64,000 bases of DNA from Octopus sinensis (Eukaryota). Each line of letters starts with the position of its first letter. The stretch's first letter is position 1. Of the stretch, positions 1 through 12,599 are shown piece by piece. The translations under genes were made by a program, and so were the position numbers. Location: contig NC_043002.1 in assembly GCF_006345805.1 (NCBI RefSeq), forward strand, positions 48,608,001 to 48,672,000. Reading direction: 5' to 3'. The notes under the pieces are model-generated. The model was not told where the DNA came from and ran no database searches. It saw only the letters and a list, made by a program, of their open reading frames with translations.

Positions 1-1400
1 AAATTGAAGAAGTGAACCTGGAAGAGTTGAGTAAGTTCAAAGAAATGCTTGAAAGGGAGAGGAACGAGTTGAAGGTCCCTCCTCAAAAAAGAAAAAGACA
101 ACGAAGAACGAACAATTCTATACAGAGCTTATGCCACAGCAACAAGGAAAAATTGAAGTGATGTCAGAAGCACAGGTGGAAAAGGCACTGAGGTCAGTCT
201 AGCAGGAGATAGCATATCTTGCCAGGTGTCGAAAATATGGAACGGTGGAGGTGCAGTTTAAGGAGATAGCAACTGCCAGACTGTACTCGGACACACCGCT
301 GAAAACAGATGAGGTTGTACTACTCGTGTACTTTGGGAGACGTGCTTCCAGGGTTCGGGTGGATGACATACCACCAGAAGTCAATGTGGCCTAGCTAGTG
401 GCTGCCATACTGCTGAGAATGGAAGAGAAGGTGGTGGTCCTGGGCCACCAAAACGCCCCATAGGCATTGGAAGGGACAAACTCTTGAAATGGTGGTACAA
501 ATTGTGGAGGAGGACTTGGAAAAAATGGTCAAATGCATCACAGTGGGAGAGTTGACTTCAAAGGTTAGTGGAAAGGTTATAAAAGTGGCCTGAAAGGCCA
601 CATTAGAGCGGAGTGTCCTCTAGAAAAGAACAAAGAGAGACAGGAGGAAAAGGTGGTCGGTGTTACACTGCCTGCGGAGGAAAAAATAAGTGAGGTGGAA
701 CCACAGAAGAAGACGGGCACCAGTGTCGAGAAGGAGGAAGAATTAAATACCAATTGGGAAATGGTGGAGAAAAAGAGCAGGACGAGAAGGAAAAAGACAA
801 CCCCCAACCCACACCCACCCGGCTCTTACCCACACCCATTCTACCTCAAATACTCCCTACAGACACCAACCCTTTCCATGCTCAGTCTGACAAAAAATAC
901 AATGGCAAACACACAGGAGCTTCAAAACTACCCACTCCCGCCCTGTAATGGAAAAGTTTTTTTTAATGTATAATGGACAGATTGAGAAACTGGATAAGGA
1001 AGTAAATTAGTGGGACAGAATAGTCAAGGATACAGCAAGTGTAAGGGGTTTGCCCGAGAACGATTATTGTGCATAGACGGACCTGGAGAACTTGTGGAAA
1101 GTGCATAGGTATATAGAGAACTGTGACTATAAATGGTGGGCCAATAAAATAAACACCAGGACAATGCCGAAAAAATAAGGTATGTGGACATTTAAAAAAT
1201 ATAATATAAACATTTTGGAAAAAGGATGGATTAACTATTATGTAAATAATTATGTGGTGTTGCTACAGGTACAATGAAGTCGCTCGGAGGTGGGGCCGAG
1301 CGACTTCATTTCATCTTTCATTGTATAATTTCATTCATTTCATTCGTTTTGTTTTTTGTCCCCACCATGTGTAAGGCCTTTATGGCCATAAAATAAAATG
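1..1400 (+). mobile_element. Degraded L1/Tx1-like non-LTR retrotransposon: ORF1-like remnant plus 3' end
   Basis: From ATG at 161 it reads MSEAQVEKALRSV*QEIAYLARCRKYGTVEVQFKE... with stops and a frameshift, homologous to ORF 1563-2087. The 3' part has a hairpin (1273-1310), a T-rich tract and AATAAA at 1391-1396. Clade assignment is from general ORF1-like character only. Confidence 0.5.
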
Positions 1401-1562
1401 TGTGATAGATGTGCTTTTTGGCTGTGCGTGCTTGTTGGCAGCGCGATGTTTTTCTCTTCTATGATGGAGGGGCATCGAGCGTTGAGTTGCGAAGGATTGA
1501 GTTGTTTGGTGTCAAACATGGAAAGTTACCCGTCCTCGGACTTTGTGTCGTAGGAGGAGGAA

Positions 1563-2190
1563 ATGCTAGAGTACCTCAAGAAGAAAGACAAGGCAATGAA
1601 AAATAGAAGTTACGCCGCGGCGACAGAAAAAAGGTGCGAAAGGCTGGAAGATGTAAGCAAGAATAAGGGAATGCTGAAAAGGGAGGGGAACGAAGTGAAG
1701 GCGTCCCACCACCACGAAAAAGTCTTAAAGAAAACAGCGGAAAGAACGGCAGTTTATAGGACGTACTCGGTCACAGCTGGAAAGATTGAGAACATGTCCA
1801 CGGTACAGATAGAAAAGGCGTTTAGACCTGTCAGGCAAAGGATTTCGTACCTTGCCAGAGGTAAAAAATTTGGAACGGTAGAGGTGGAGTTCGAAAAGAT
1901 AGCTACTGCCAGGCTGGATTCGGTAACATCGTTGAAAACGAATGAGGTAGTTCTTCTACCTGTATACCTTGGGAGACGAGCCTCTAGAGTTAGGCTGGAG
2001 GAAATACCCCCAGAGGTGGATGTAGCCTGGCTAGTGGCAGCTATACAACTTGAAATGGAGAAGGTGGTGGTCCTACAGGCCACCTGAACACCTTATAAGA
2101 CCTGGAATGGACAAACCCTTGAAATGGCGGTGCAAATCGCAGATGAAGACATCGAAAAAATGGTCGAAAGTAAAACTGCAGTCAAATGAC
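1563..2190 (+). pseudogene. Second ORF1-like (Tx1/L1-type) remnant, paralog of 161-600
   Basis: 174-aa ORF (STVQIEKAFRPVRQRISYLARGKKFGTVEVEFEK...GRRASRVRLEEIPPEVDVAWLVAAI) aligns colinearly with the translation of 161-430. Homology continues past the stop at 2085-2087 (TWNGQTLEMAVQI). Confidence 0.55.
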
Positions 2191-2269
2191 TGAAACAAGT
2201 AAAAAGTAAAAGATTCCCGTTATTGTAAATGCAAGATATAAACGCTATATTTTATCAATTCTGTTCTGT

Positions 2270-2640
2270 CGGAAGAAATGCCTTGCGGAAATTCTTACGG
2301 CTTTTTATATTTTGAGTTCAAATCTCATTGACGTCGGCTTCGCCCTTTTATCTCTTGGGAGTTAATAGAATAAATTACTAGTCAAAAACTTGTGACGATG
2401 ATATCGACTAATTGTTTTTCCACATAATTACAGGTCCTGTGCCTAAATTGGAAACAATATTAGTTACAGGGGCAGAGTAGTTGATTAGTAAAGAAGTTGG
2501 ATCGTAATACAAAATGTCTAGCGAGATTCAGTTATGGACCTTTACGTTCTGAATTCAAATTCGCCGAGATCATCTTTGATTTATTCTGCTGCTGTTGTTA
2601 AAATGATACCGGTCGAGTAGTGGGATCGATATGAATTATA
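2270..2640 (+). mobile_element. Two degraded SINE-B (tRNA-derived) copies
   Basis: Motifs 'tttgagttcaaatctc...tcggcttcgccctt' and 'acgttctgaattcaaattcgccgag' match the cleaner copy at 29204. Confidence 0.55.
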
Positions 2641-3995
2641 ACCTTCATCAAAACCTATGGAATCAATATCAGTTCAAAGGTGATAAATACTATAGAGAAA
2701 AACACATGCTCAACATAATGCGGGTAACTCTGTGATACAGTTAAAAGTTTTGCATTAGGATCAAACTAAACGATTAATATAGGAATAGAATAATCCATAT
2801 AAGCCAATATAACCGAAACACTAGTAAATTATCTGTAAATCGTGTTGCATATAAAATATACTCTATAACTATATAGTTATATATACTATAAAACTATATA
2901 GTTATATATACTATATAACTATATAATATAAACTACTCAGAAAGCAGTGTTGAAAAGTTCAACAGTTCATTTTCACATCATTTTGCTGACGGCATTATGT
3001 TGTATGGATTGTAATAGTTCAATAGTTGTTTTCTAGATATGATGCGATAACTTAAGTTTCCCTGTTAGAGTTCCGCACGTACGTTACATTTACTTGGCCG
3101 ATTCAGATCTACTTCTGTAACTCTACTTCAGCATATCTGCATAGAAATATGGTATGTACATTGTCATTCGGAATAAACAACGGAAGGGTGATCATATAGG
3201 AAGCAAATGATAACAGATAAAATATCAAGTGATATAATAATTTTCATTTATCGCGTAAGAATAGATTTTAAACATCGAAAAATTTTAAGTTGACCTCTGG
3301 AAATCAACAGTTTAGTTTAGATTCAAAGACAACCAATTTTCTGAATCATTAAGGAATAATATATTCGAAGTGCAAGCCAAATAATAAAAATTAATTGTAT
3401 CCAAATCTTTCCAGCAAAGGCATCATTTCAAGTAGCATTCATGCTGAAATGAAAAACTAAGATAAATATTCCATGAATTACAATGTAAATGCTTAAATCT
3501 ATGAAAATTAATTATAATTCTACTACTTTCGGTAATAAAAACAATAGACTTCACAGTTAGCATCTTAGAAGTTGTTTAAAAGTTTGCTTGTTACCCGCAG
3601 CTGTTTTAATAGCTTCCTATCACGATCAATATAGATTTTCTTTTCTTTTCTTTATTTCTTTTGATATTTTTCTTTCTAATATTTCAAATGTAATTATTTT
3701 CGAATTCCTACGAAAGATGTTTTGAAAATTATTGTACTTTTGAATTTTAACTTCCTTTTCTTATTATTTTGCAAAACTTTATTTAGCTAGACTGAGATTT
3801 CAACTACTCGACTAAATTCTATGCTATTTTGATGTGTGCTGTACTGGGTGTAGCAGAACACTCATCAGATGTATCGACCTTCTCCATAATTATATTAATA
3901 CATGGAAAACTTTAATCAGAAACTGTTATTGCGAATCAGTGATTGCCACAACCGTTTTAAATACTTGGTATGATTATTGCACAGAATCCATTCAG

Positions 3996-3997
<2 letters not shown>

Positions 3998-4083
<86 letters not shown>
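3998..4083. repeat. (TA)n microsatellite
   Basis: Near-pure TA run. Confidence 0.95.
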
Positions 4084-4096
4084 TAACAGATGTATT

Positions 4097-4399
4097 GTGG
4101 TTCACTACAGCTGTTTCAGGCGTGTTTCTTTTTGATGAACAGAAGTGTTACACCATTAAAAAACCGTTTTCCTCAGGAGAATGCTTGTAAGAATTAAACA
4201 TCATGAACATCTCAAGAACAAGTACAGAGGTGCCATTTGACTCCACAGACCTAACTTCGACTTCAATGTTTAATTTATATATGCATTCACCTCATAAAAA
4301 CGTTTTCTTTCTGTTTATCCTTTTTTGTTTACTTTTGCATGATGCAACACTTCTGTTCATCAGAAAAAAAACATGTCTGAAACAGCTGTAGTGAACCAC
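4097..4399. mobile_element. MITE with about 60-bp imperfect TIRs
   Basis: GTGGTTCACTACAGCTGTTTCAG (4097-4119) is the exact reverse complement of 4377-4399. The inner arms (gatgaacagaagtgtt / aacacttctgttcatc) also pair. Confidence 0.7.
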
Positions 4400-4417
4400 T
4401 TAACTCTACACCTGCAT

Positions 4418-4762
4418 GTTGTAATCTTTTGTGCCCAATATTTTAATGAACTTGTTAAACTTTTTTATGTTCTTAACATGTTCTTGTTACCAAAGAATGT
4501 ACATATGTATTGTAGTATTTTGAGACAACCAATATTCTGTGCGTGTATGAATATACAGATACAATACCAATATTCCACTGAACTTTTTAATAATTCCTTC
4601 TGGAAACTATATTTAACATTTTCTTGAGAATGTATATTTATGTTGTCATCTTTTGTGCCCAATATTTTAATGAACTTGTTAAATTAAATTTTTTATGTCC
4701 TTAACATGTTCTTGTTACCAAAGACTGCATATATGCATTGTAGCATTTTGTGACAACCAATA
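4418..4762. repeat. About 120-bp direct repeat, two copies
   Basis: 'cttttgtgcccaatattttaatgaacttgttaa...gacaaccaata' occurs at about 4418-4533 and 4642-4762. Confidence 0.85.
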
Positions 4763-4909
4763 ATTAACACAACCAAACTTTTACATGTTACTTTTGACAA
4801 TCTTTTTCTAAAGAGTGAAACCGGTAAAGTAAACAAACATCTTTTAAAATTGCATTTTCAAACCTTCTTTCGTATATAATTCCACTGGTGCTGTACCTTA
4901 CAATATATA

Positions 4910-4947
<38 letters not shown>

Positions 4948-4958
4948 CAACACTTTGT

Positions 4959-4992
<34 letters not shown>

Positions 4993-5002
4993 ATAATATA
5001 TA

Positions 5003-5080
<78 letters not shown>

Positions 5081-5085
5081 ATATA

Positions 5086-5135
<50 letters not shown>

Positions 5136-5703
5136 ATACGACGCACTTTTTAAGTTTCCGTCTATCAATCTACTCACAAAGCTTTGGTCGGCTCGAGGCT
5201 ATAGGGAAAGACACTACGCAGTAGAACTGAACCCGGAACCGTGTGGCTGGAAAGCAAACTTCTTACCAGACAGTCACACTTGTGTACCAACTTTAAAAGC
5301 TACTGAGGTCGATGCGTTCGATTAAAATCCTTCAAGGAAGTGCCCTGGCATGGCCGCAGTCCAATGACTGAAACAGATAAAAGATAAAAGATAGATCTAT
5401 CCTCCCTGTTGTACAATGACCCTTTTTTTTATCGCCATTTCACTTCCTTATTCTAAAACATCATCTAAAATCCCCCTGCCCCAAGAAGTAAGATTAACAT
5501 GACCAATACGATTACACTATCACTTGCTTTCCGCACCTATTGTAATCGAAATTTTTCGATTATATTCTTACGTGGCATCTATTGTCATGCCCACCGATGT
5601 TCATTCCCTCAAAATCTTTACCTCTCAACCGCTTACACTCTGACAATACTTGTAAAACTATGCTTTGCGGTGGATATCTAATAAAATCTAAAAATGTATG
5701 GAG

Positions 5704-6089
5704 TTCTTTTACTTATTTCAGGGATTCGACCGCGGCCATACTGGAGCACCATCTTAAATTTTTAATCGAATGAATCGACTCCAGAACTTCTTTTTTAAGC
5801 CTGGTACTCATTTTATCAGCCACTTTTGCTGAACCACTAAATTACAGGGATGCAAACACGCCACCAACAGTAGTCAAGCAGTGGCAAGGGGACAAACACA
5901 AAGACACACACACACATATATATATACGACGGGCTTCTTTCAGTTTCCGTCTACCAAATTCAATCACAAGGCTTTAGTCAGCCCAAGGCTATACTAGAAA
6001 ATACTTGCTGAAGGTGCAACGCAGTGGAACTGAACCTGGAACCATGTGGTTAGGAAGCACACTTCTTACCACCCAGCCACGCATGCGCC
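5704..6089 (-). mobile_element. SINE-A (tRNA head, CORE-like segment, internal microsatellite), full length
   Basis: Reverse complement matches the copies at 14971 and 55392 end to end. Confidence 0.85.
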
Positions 6090-6147
6090 TATGTCACTGA
6101 TTTTCAATTTATTTGGATTTTGGAGTTTCCTCACTTATCTTGCTGTT

Positions 6148-6390
6148 TGTTCCTTCTCGAGCTATGCTTGGCTCATAAGGGCCAGTTTCCCGGTGTCATT
6201 GGTGTATACGTTCCCCATATGGACAGGACGCTGGTACGTCACAGGTGAGCTGTTAGATGGAGGAGGAAAGCGTGAGACCCGCGTGGAGTTAGGTATTTCG
6301 CTCATAAACACTCACATCGCCCAGTCTGAGATTCGAACCCGCAATTCCACGACCGCGAGTCTGCTGCTCTAACCATTATGCCATGTGCCT
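6148..6390 (-). mobile_element. SINE-D, tRNA-derived
   Basis: Minus strand has A box 'tggcataatggttagagc' and B box 'gggttcgaatctc'. The tail 'accgggaaactggcccttatgagcc' is shared with 34570-34665. Confidence 0.7.
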
Positions 6391-7310
6391 CCATGTCTCA
6401 TTTATCTTACTTCACCTTAATTGATGATCAAGCCTAATACGGTTTACTCTTCTGAACAGGTGCAATTTTGATAAAAATTTAGCTTTGAGATTTCACTACA
6501 AGAAAATTAGTTCCTACTATACTACTGCCAATTTAAATTGGCTGACTCGGTTACCTTGGCTACAATAGTGCTCTCATTGTCTTTCCATTAAAAATCAAAC
6601 AACATTACTACTATCCTTCATTAATTCAGGAGACAAACGTAAGTAACTTAGCAGAGAGTTACACGTTGCTTTGCAAGTAAAATCCCAAATCTTGACATCA
6701 TTACATATTACTACCTGCTAAAACTTTTCCGTTATCAGGAAACCATCATTGTCAAACAGTTAAAATCGTTTTCAAAGTATACCTCTACTAGCTTCAAGCA
6801 AACGGAAATGTTATATTTAACTATGTATATTAATTGTTCTAATTTATAGGTTTTTCCCCGAGTCTTTCTGCACGGTTATTCCTCTTTAGAAATCCTTCAA
6901 TCCTCTTCTGTACATCCACTTTCAAATATTTTTCACATGATCTTTTGGAGATTTTCCATTGCCTTTAACAGTAATTTCTTAGCATTTCCTTACTTACATT
7001 CCCATCAAATATCCGACGGACAGATAAGTTGAATTACTAATGACTTAAAACGATCAGTTTTGCATTTTAGCATTTTTTTTCTCTTTGACTGACATTCGAA
7101 AGCCTCGTAAAAGCTATAAACTAGAAACCAAAATATATAACTGATGTTGAAGCACTTTCATTTACCACTGCATTCCGCTTGACTGTACACACACACACAC
7201 GCACACACACACATACACACATATACACACACGCACACACGCATACTCAAACAAATATATACGAATATACATCCACTCACACACATATACATATATATGC
7301 ATGTATGTAT

Positions 7311-7350
<40 letters not shown>

Positions 7351-7393
7351 TATATATGTATATATACCAATATATATTTATGATATACAGATA

Positions 7394-7485
<92 letters not shown>

Positions 7486-7606
7486 TATATATATTATATA
7501 TATATACAAATATATATATGCATTTACTACTTTCGGTCATTGGACAGCGGGCATGTATTACGTATATGTATATATGTATGAGTATGTACATGTATTTGTT
7601 TTGTGC

Positions 7607-7638
<32 letters not shown>

Positions 7639-8734
7639 ATGTATGTATGAATGACTGGATGGGGAGGCGTTCATTTTCTTGTCAGTTTGTTTGCATTTGG
7701 ATAACCATAATTGAAGTATCTATCGTATTTAAGAAAGTGTGTGATTGTATATATCTTTGTATCAGTATGTGAGTGTGTGTTTATGTGTGTCTATTTCTGT
7801 GCGTGCGTGCGTGTGTGCGTGTGTGTGCATCGACCTACAAAACATTTTATGCTTCTCTAAATAATGATTTCCTACAACATCCATAAATGGTAACAGCTGT
7901 AATTGACGTTAAAAGACAAGTTGTACATTTGTTTAGATGCTCGAAATCAACCATATCTTCTTCACAGTAACAATTTTTTTTGTAATATTCAACTTGCCTA
8001 TCCTTTCGTGAGTAGAGCTTCATACAAGTATGTATTATTTTTGTTATCACTGTTTATGCTGCTGAGAATGGTGTATACATTACAATTGTCCACTTGCATA
8101 CACATATACAAATGACTCTTATTTTTAAAACTAATTGCTGATTTTGTAGATTTGTTACCAATAGATGCAGTAGCTTTAGGCTTTCTTCATGAAAAGATTT
8201 ATTCACTAGTTTTGTATAAATTCTTATTTATCATTTAATCGCTAAAGAAAGGAGCATAGCCAATGATATCCGTTGATTCTCTGGTTTTAGAGACGTCATT
8301 GCAGCTGATGCTCAGATTGAAATTCTATGAGTTGTCTCTAAAGAAAAATAGTTCCAGAGAGAAAGGTATTTGGGGTAGTTAGCGCAGGCTTATGGGTGGG
8401 GAAATATAGTAGGAATAACGAGACAATGAAATGTGTATCGAGTAGGGTTTGACGTAAGTGATACACACATTGTTAGTTCAAGAAGCTCATAAACCGTAAG
8501 TATAGAAGAAAGTTAACCAATTGGTAAGCCAGTTGGGTGACATATTGTTGTACAGTTTAGGTTGCTTGAGAGTGTAGTAGCAATCGCTCCAGATAGGTAA
8601 GCAGTGCAATAATGTGATCTTCACTTTAGCTTTGTGGACATTCAGTATCATGACCAAAGCCAGAAATGTTATTATTCTAAAGAGGCTGCCTAACCTTTTG
8701 CATAGTTTTTTGGTCCACTAGCTCTCTTACGACA

Positions 8735-8815
8735 CTTCCCACTAGGACATAAATATGATAAATTTTCCATTGCATACCGTATTAAGGACAGCTATTTTCG
8801 TCTAAACAACATCGT
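8735..8815. repeat. Dispersed repeat, second copy at about 27322-27405
   Basis: Both copies share 'atgata..ttttccattg......ttaaggacagctattttcgtctaaaca'. Confidence 0.7.
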
Positions 8816-11546
8816 TTCGCACATCACACATCACAACCGAAAGATCATCAGACATTTTGAAGGTCGTATTTGCAGCAACTTTGTTGATTTTAACATATTG
8901 TGATTGGATGTTTACATTGTCTTATAATTCAATGTAACAGGGAAATCGAAACTAGTTAAACCATCAAACTTGCTACAAATGCGCCTACAATATTATCTTT
9001 TATGGGAAATACACTTTTATAAAATTAAAAACAGTATCCCAAATTAGTGTTTATTAATTTATTTTTTACGCCCTATATTATTGGTACATATCAGTTTGGC
9101 ATCTATGGTAATATGTCAGACGTCTTAACACGACCATTTGACCGTAAACGTCTGCAAAGCACTGCAGTGACGTCAGTGATAAATATATTATCTAATGAAT
9201 AGGTCAACATTGTATTTCGTTCCACTGTCATGGATGAAATAAAGTACCAGTCAGTACTACGCCCGATATAACTAATTATATTTTCTTCTGATATAGGCAT
9301 TGTATCTATATCAAAAATAACTAGTGTATATAAAGAAATCTATCATATATAAAAGTTCAGAAAGTGATAAACTGCTGGCTAATTGATCTAGCAAAGCTTT
9401 TTGACATCCTCTTCTAACCATCTTCTAATTATCATACTAGTATTATAAAATCCTTGTGTCTGATATATCCCTGAGAGAGAGTAGGAGAGAATAGAAAAAT
9501 GATAGACGAATTGCATGTAAAATTTTCTGCAAGCTTTAAGAATAAATAGAATAAGAAACAGTGGTGATCAACATAGACGAGTGCAGTGGATGAATTGGAG
9601 TTGTAGAGATGCAACCTGCAACTTTTGCTGTTAAAAGATTTTGGTGGTATAATCCAGAGTAGAGAATGGCATGATGGGTGTCACACGCGCTGTTAATATT
9701 TTCAATAAGACTCATTCTATGTACAAGGTAATCTACTCAAAATGGAACCGAATTTTTTTAAATGATTGCTATACTTATAATTTCCTTCAAGTTGTCTACA
9801 TCATAATAGTCTTGTCCTCTATCGACAAACCGCTTCCATCGTTTTTCTGAGATGGAGACCCGTTTGAATTGTAATTTCAAAGGTGATGCATAATCTACGT
9901 CGAATTAAATGCTTAGGGACATTTCTTCCGGCTTTAAGTCCTGAACTTCGCAATTCATTCTTTCGGCGTCGATAAAATAAGAAACAGTTGAGGACTAGGA
10001 TCGATGTAATCGACTAACTCTTCCCCCTCCCCATGCAAAACAGTTGTTGGCCTTGTGCTAAAATTTGGAACCATTATCTACTGTACTTTAGAAATCTTGT
10101 ATAGAGACTGAATATGCCTAGTAACATTTATAGAATATACTACTTTATCTTGATCAGGAGATTGTTCTTGATTGATCTTGGTTAGGGGATTAAATCTAAG
10201 GAATTAGAATAAAAGAAGACTCATCTGTCAGCATCAATTAGTTCTTTTCTGTACATATGAAAATTGATTGGAGATGCAGTTAACTACATTTAATTAAGAA
10301 ATACTTGAATGAACACCCATCTGGACGATACGAACATACAAATCATTTAGAAACATTTTTGTTATATAATCAGTCATGGATTTTCTTATTGCATTCAAGC
10401 TCTTTAAAAGAACTGGATGAAGTAAGCGAATTCCTAATAGAAACGCTAATTTCCTTTCGCTTTTATTCTTTCTCCTTAACAACTCTCACTGATATTAGTC
10501 CTTGAAACCAGAGTGCATCAATAATTTCGACATTATTCATTGCCAATATTATATTTGTTAACTGCCTATGGTGACTGTTAGTCACTGGTTCTTTTTAATG
10601 AGATTTCCCAAGTGTAGATGAGTCAAAGGGGAACATATGACAAAATACCAATCATCTTATTTATATGTCTTTCACTGGTTCACTACATTAATCCGCTGTA
10701 ATTTCATCAATACATTTCTAGTTGAAGCCATTAGCTCAATATAACCATCGACAATAACCTTATCACTCTCAATACATTCTACAAGCCTTTTCCATGTTTT
10801 CCTCTGTACTACCTCTCTCAGATTTTACACTAAGCACTTTACTCAAACTTTCCCCAAATGCTTCTCAGTTAATTCCCTTTCATTCAGAGATGGATTTGAA
10901 AATATTTTGAGCATTACCTGACCTGTCAGACTAACATAAAAAAAGTATGATGACTAAAAACTAAAACCGTTACTGAACAAAATAACCTTATTCCCCCTGC
11001 AAAATGTATAAATATACTTGTTTTCTGTTCTAACAAAATCATTTACAGAAACCATGCGTTTTCTAAGCAAGCAAATTTTTAATTAGTATACATCGGCTAG
11101 AAAGTTACACATTTTCCTGCGTGATTTAAAATAATTCTTGCTGCAAGTCAACGGAACACTTTGGAATAAAATTATATCATTGGCACCAGACTGACTCCTC
11201 GAAAATTGACTTTGTCGCAAAATTGTCTGAAGTCTTTGAACAATTATTAACCTCTGCTAGTAATATATTAGTATTTCTGTCATTTGTGACACTTGAAGAA
11301 GTTCTTAGTAGTCTAGAAAGGTGTCCACGATAATTCTGAATCAACTAATTACTTAATTGGAACCGTGAAATTGATCATGAAAGTGGGATAATTTTATTAA
11401 TCGATTCTTCGAAACAAAGCATTCCTAAGCTGACACACAAAATATCCAATAGGCTTCGGAACAGAAATGTTGCTATGTACATTGGTTGCTCTTACTACTC
11501 ATTACGAAAGTATAATAATGTTAGATATTATTATCTTAAGGGTCGT

Positions 11547-11577
<31 letters not shown>

Positions 11578-11667
11578 GCGCGCGCACACAGATATATATA
11601 TTTACATATATATAAATATTAGAAAAAAAACCCACCTTTTATCAATTCAAAACGAATAATTAAATTA

Positions 11668-11865
11668 CACCATCTAGAAAATTACATATAAAAGAAAAGT
11701 TAAAATTAAAATAACAATTAAAAAGTAAAGATTAAGTAAATTACAAAAATAATATAATGTATATAATAGGTAACATTATATTATTTTTGTAATTTACTTA
11801 ATCTTTACTTTATAATTGTTACTTTAATTTTAACTTTTCTATTATATGTAATTTTCTAGAAGGTG
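11668..11865. repeat. Long AT-rich palindrome (foldback)
   Basis: Arms 11668-11760 and 11773-11865 (93 bp each) are reverse complements with 4 mismatches around a 12-nt loop. Confidence 0.92.
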
Positions 11866-11976
11866 CTTTTTTCTAATATTTATATATATATATATTATAT
11901 TGTGTGGAATTTGATTTAGTATTTCTAAATTGAATTCTTTTTCCTTGTAAGTTTGGATTTTATTCCCTCAAATAAC

Positions 11977-12038
<62 letters not shown>

Positions 12039-12252
12039 GCACGTGTAACTTCTGAAAATATTTATTTTCTCTGTGCGATACATCTGAAGTTCATTCTTAC
12101 CATTTGCTTCATTCATATGGACGTAATTTCATAGCACCGATTACCTGTTGGGTTATGTACTCTCAGAGATAAAATAACCCGTTTAAATTTACTAGAAAAT
12201 TTTCTGCATTGTTTCATATACGTCTATCTGCAGTATAATCCCAGTAATATAC

Positions 12253-12482
12253 ATTTCTTTATTACCCACAAGGGGCTAAACATAGAGGGAACAAACAAGG
12301 ACAGACAAACGGATTAAGTCGATTACATCGACCCGAGTGCGTAACTGGTACTTAATTTATCGACCCCGAAAGGATGAAAGGCAAAGTCGACCTCGGCGGA
12401 ATTTGAACCCAGAACGTAACGGCGGACGAAATACGGCTACGCATTTCGCCCGGCGTGCTAACGTTTCTGCCAGCTCGCCGCT
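12253..12482 (-). mobile_element. SINE-B, full-length young copy
   Basis: Near-identical reverse complement of 29204-29432, with tRNA-like head and B box 'gggttcaaattcc'. Confidence 0.9.
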
Positions 12483-12599
12483 TTAATCCAAGTATTATAT
12501 TTAAGCGTCACAGCTTATATCCTCCCCACACTGTGAAGGTATTTTTCTACCTTTCATAGACAGTAATTAATTCTCATTCCATTGTTCATCCCTGATTGA

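Noticed and set aside
7158-7772. Low-complexity ORFs (YIYI, HTHT, VCVC, LSLS, YLPT) here and throughout the window
   Set aside because: They are translations of microsatellites.
10640-10930. Degraded LINE RT C-terminus on the minus strand
   Set aside because: Only a partial RKTW-like motif.
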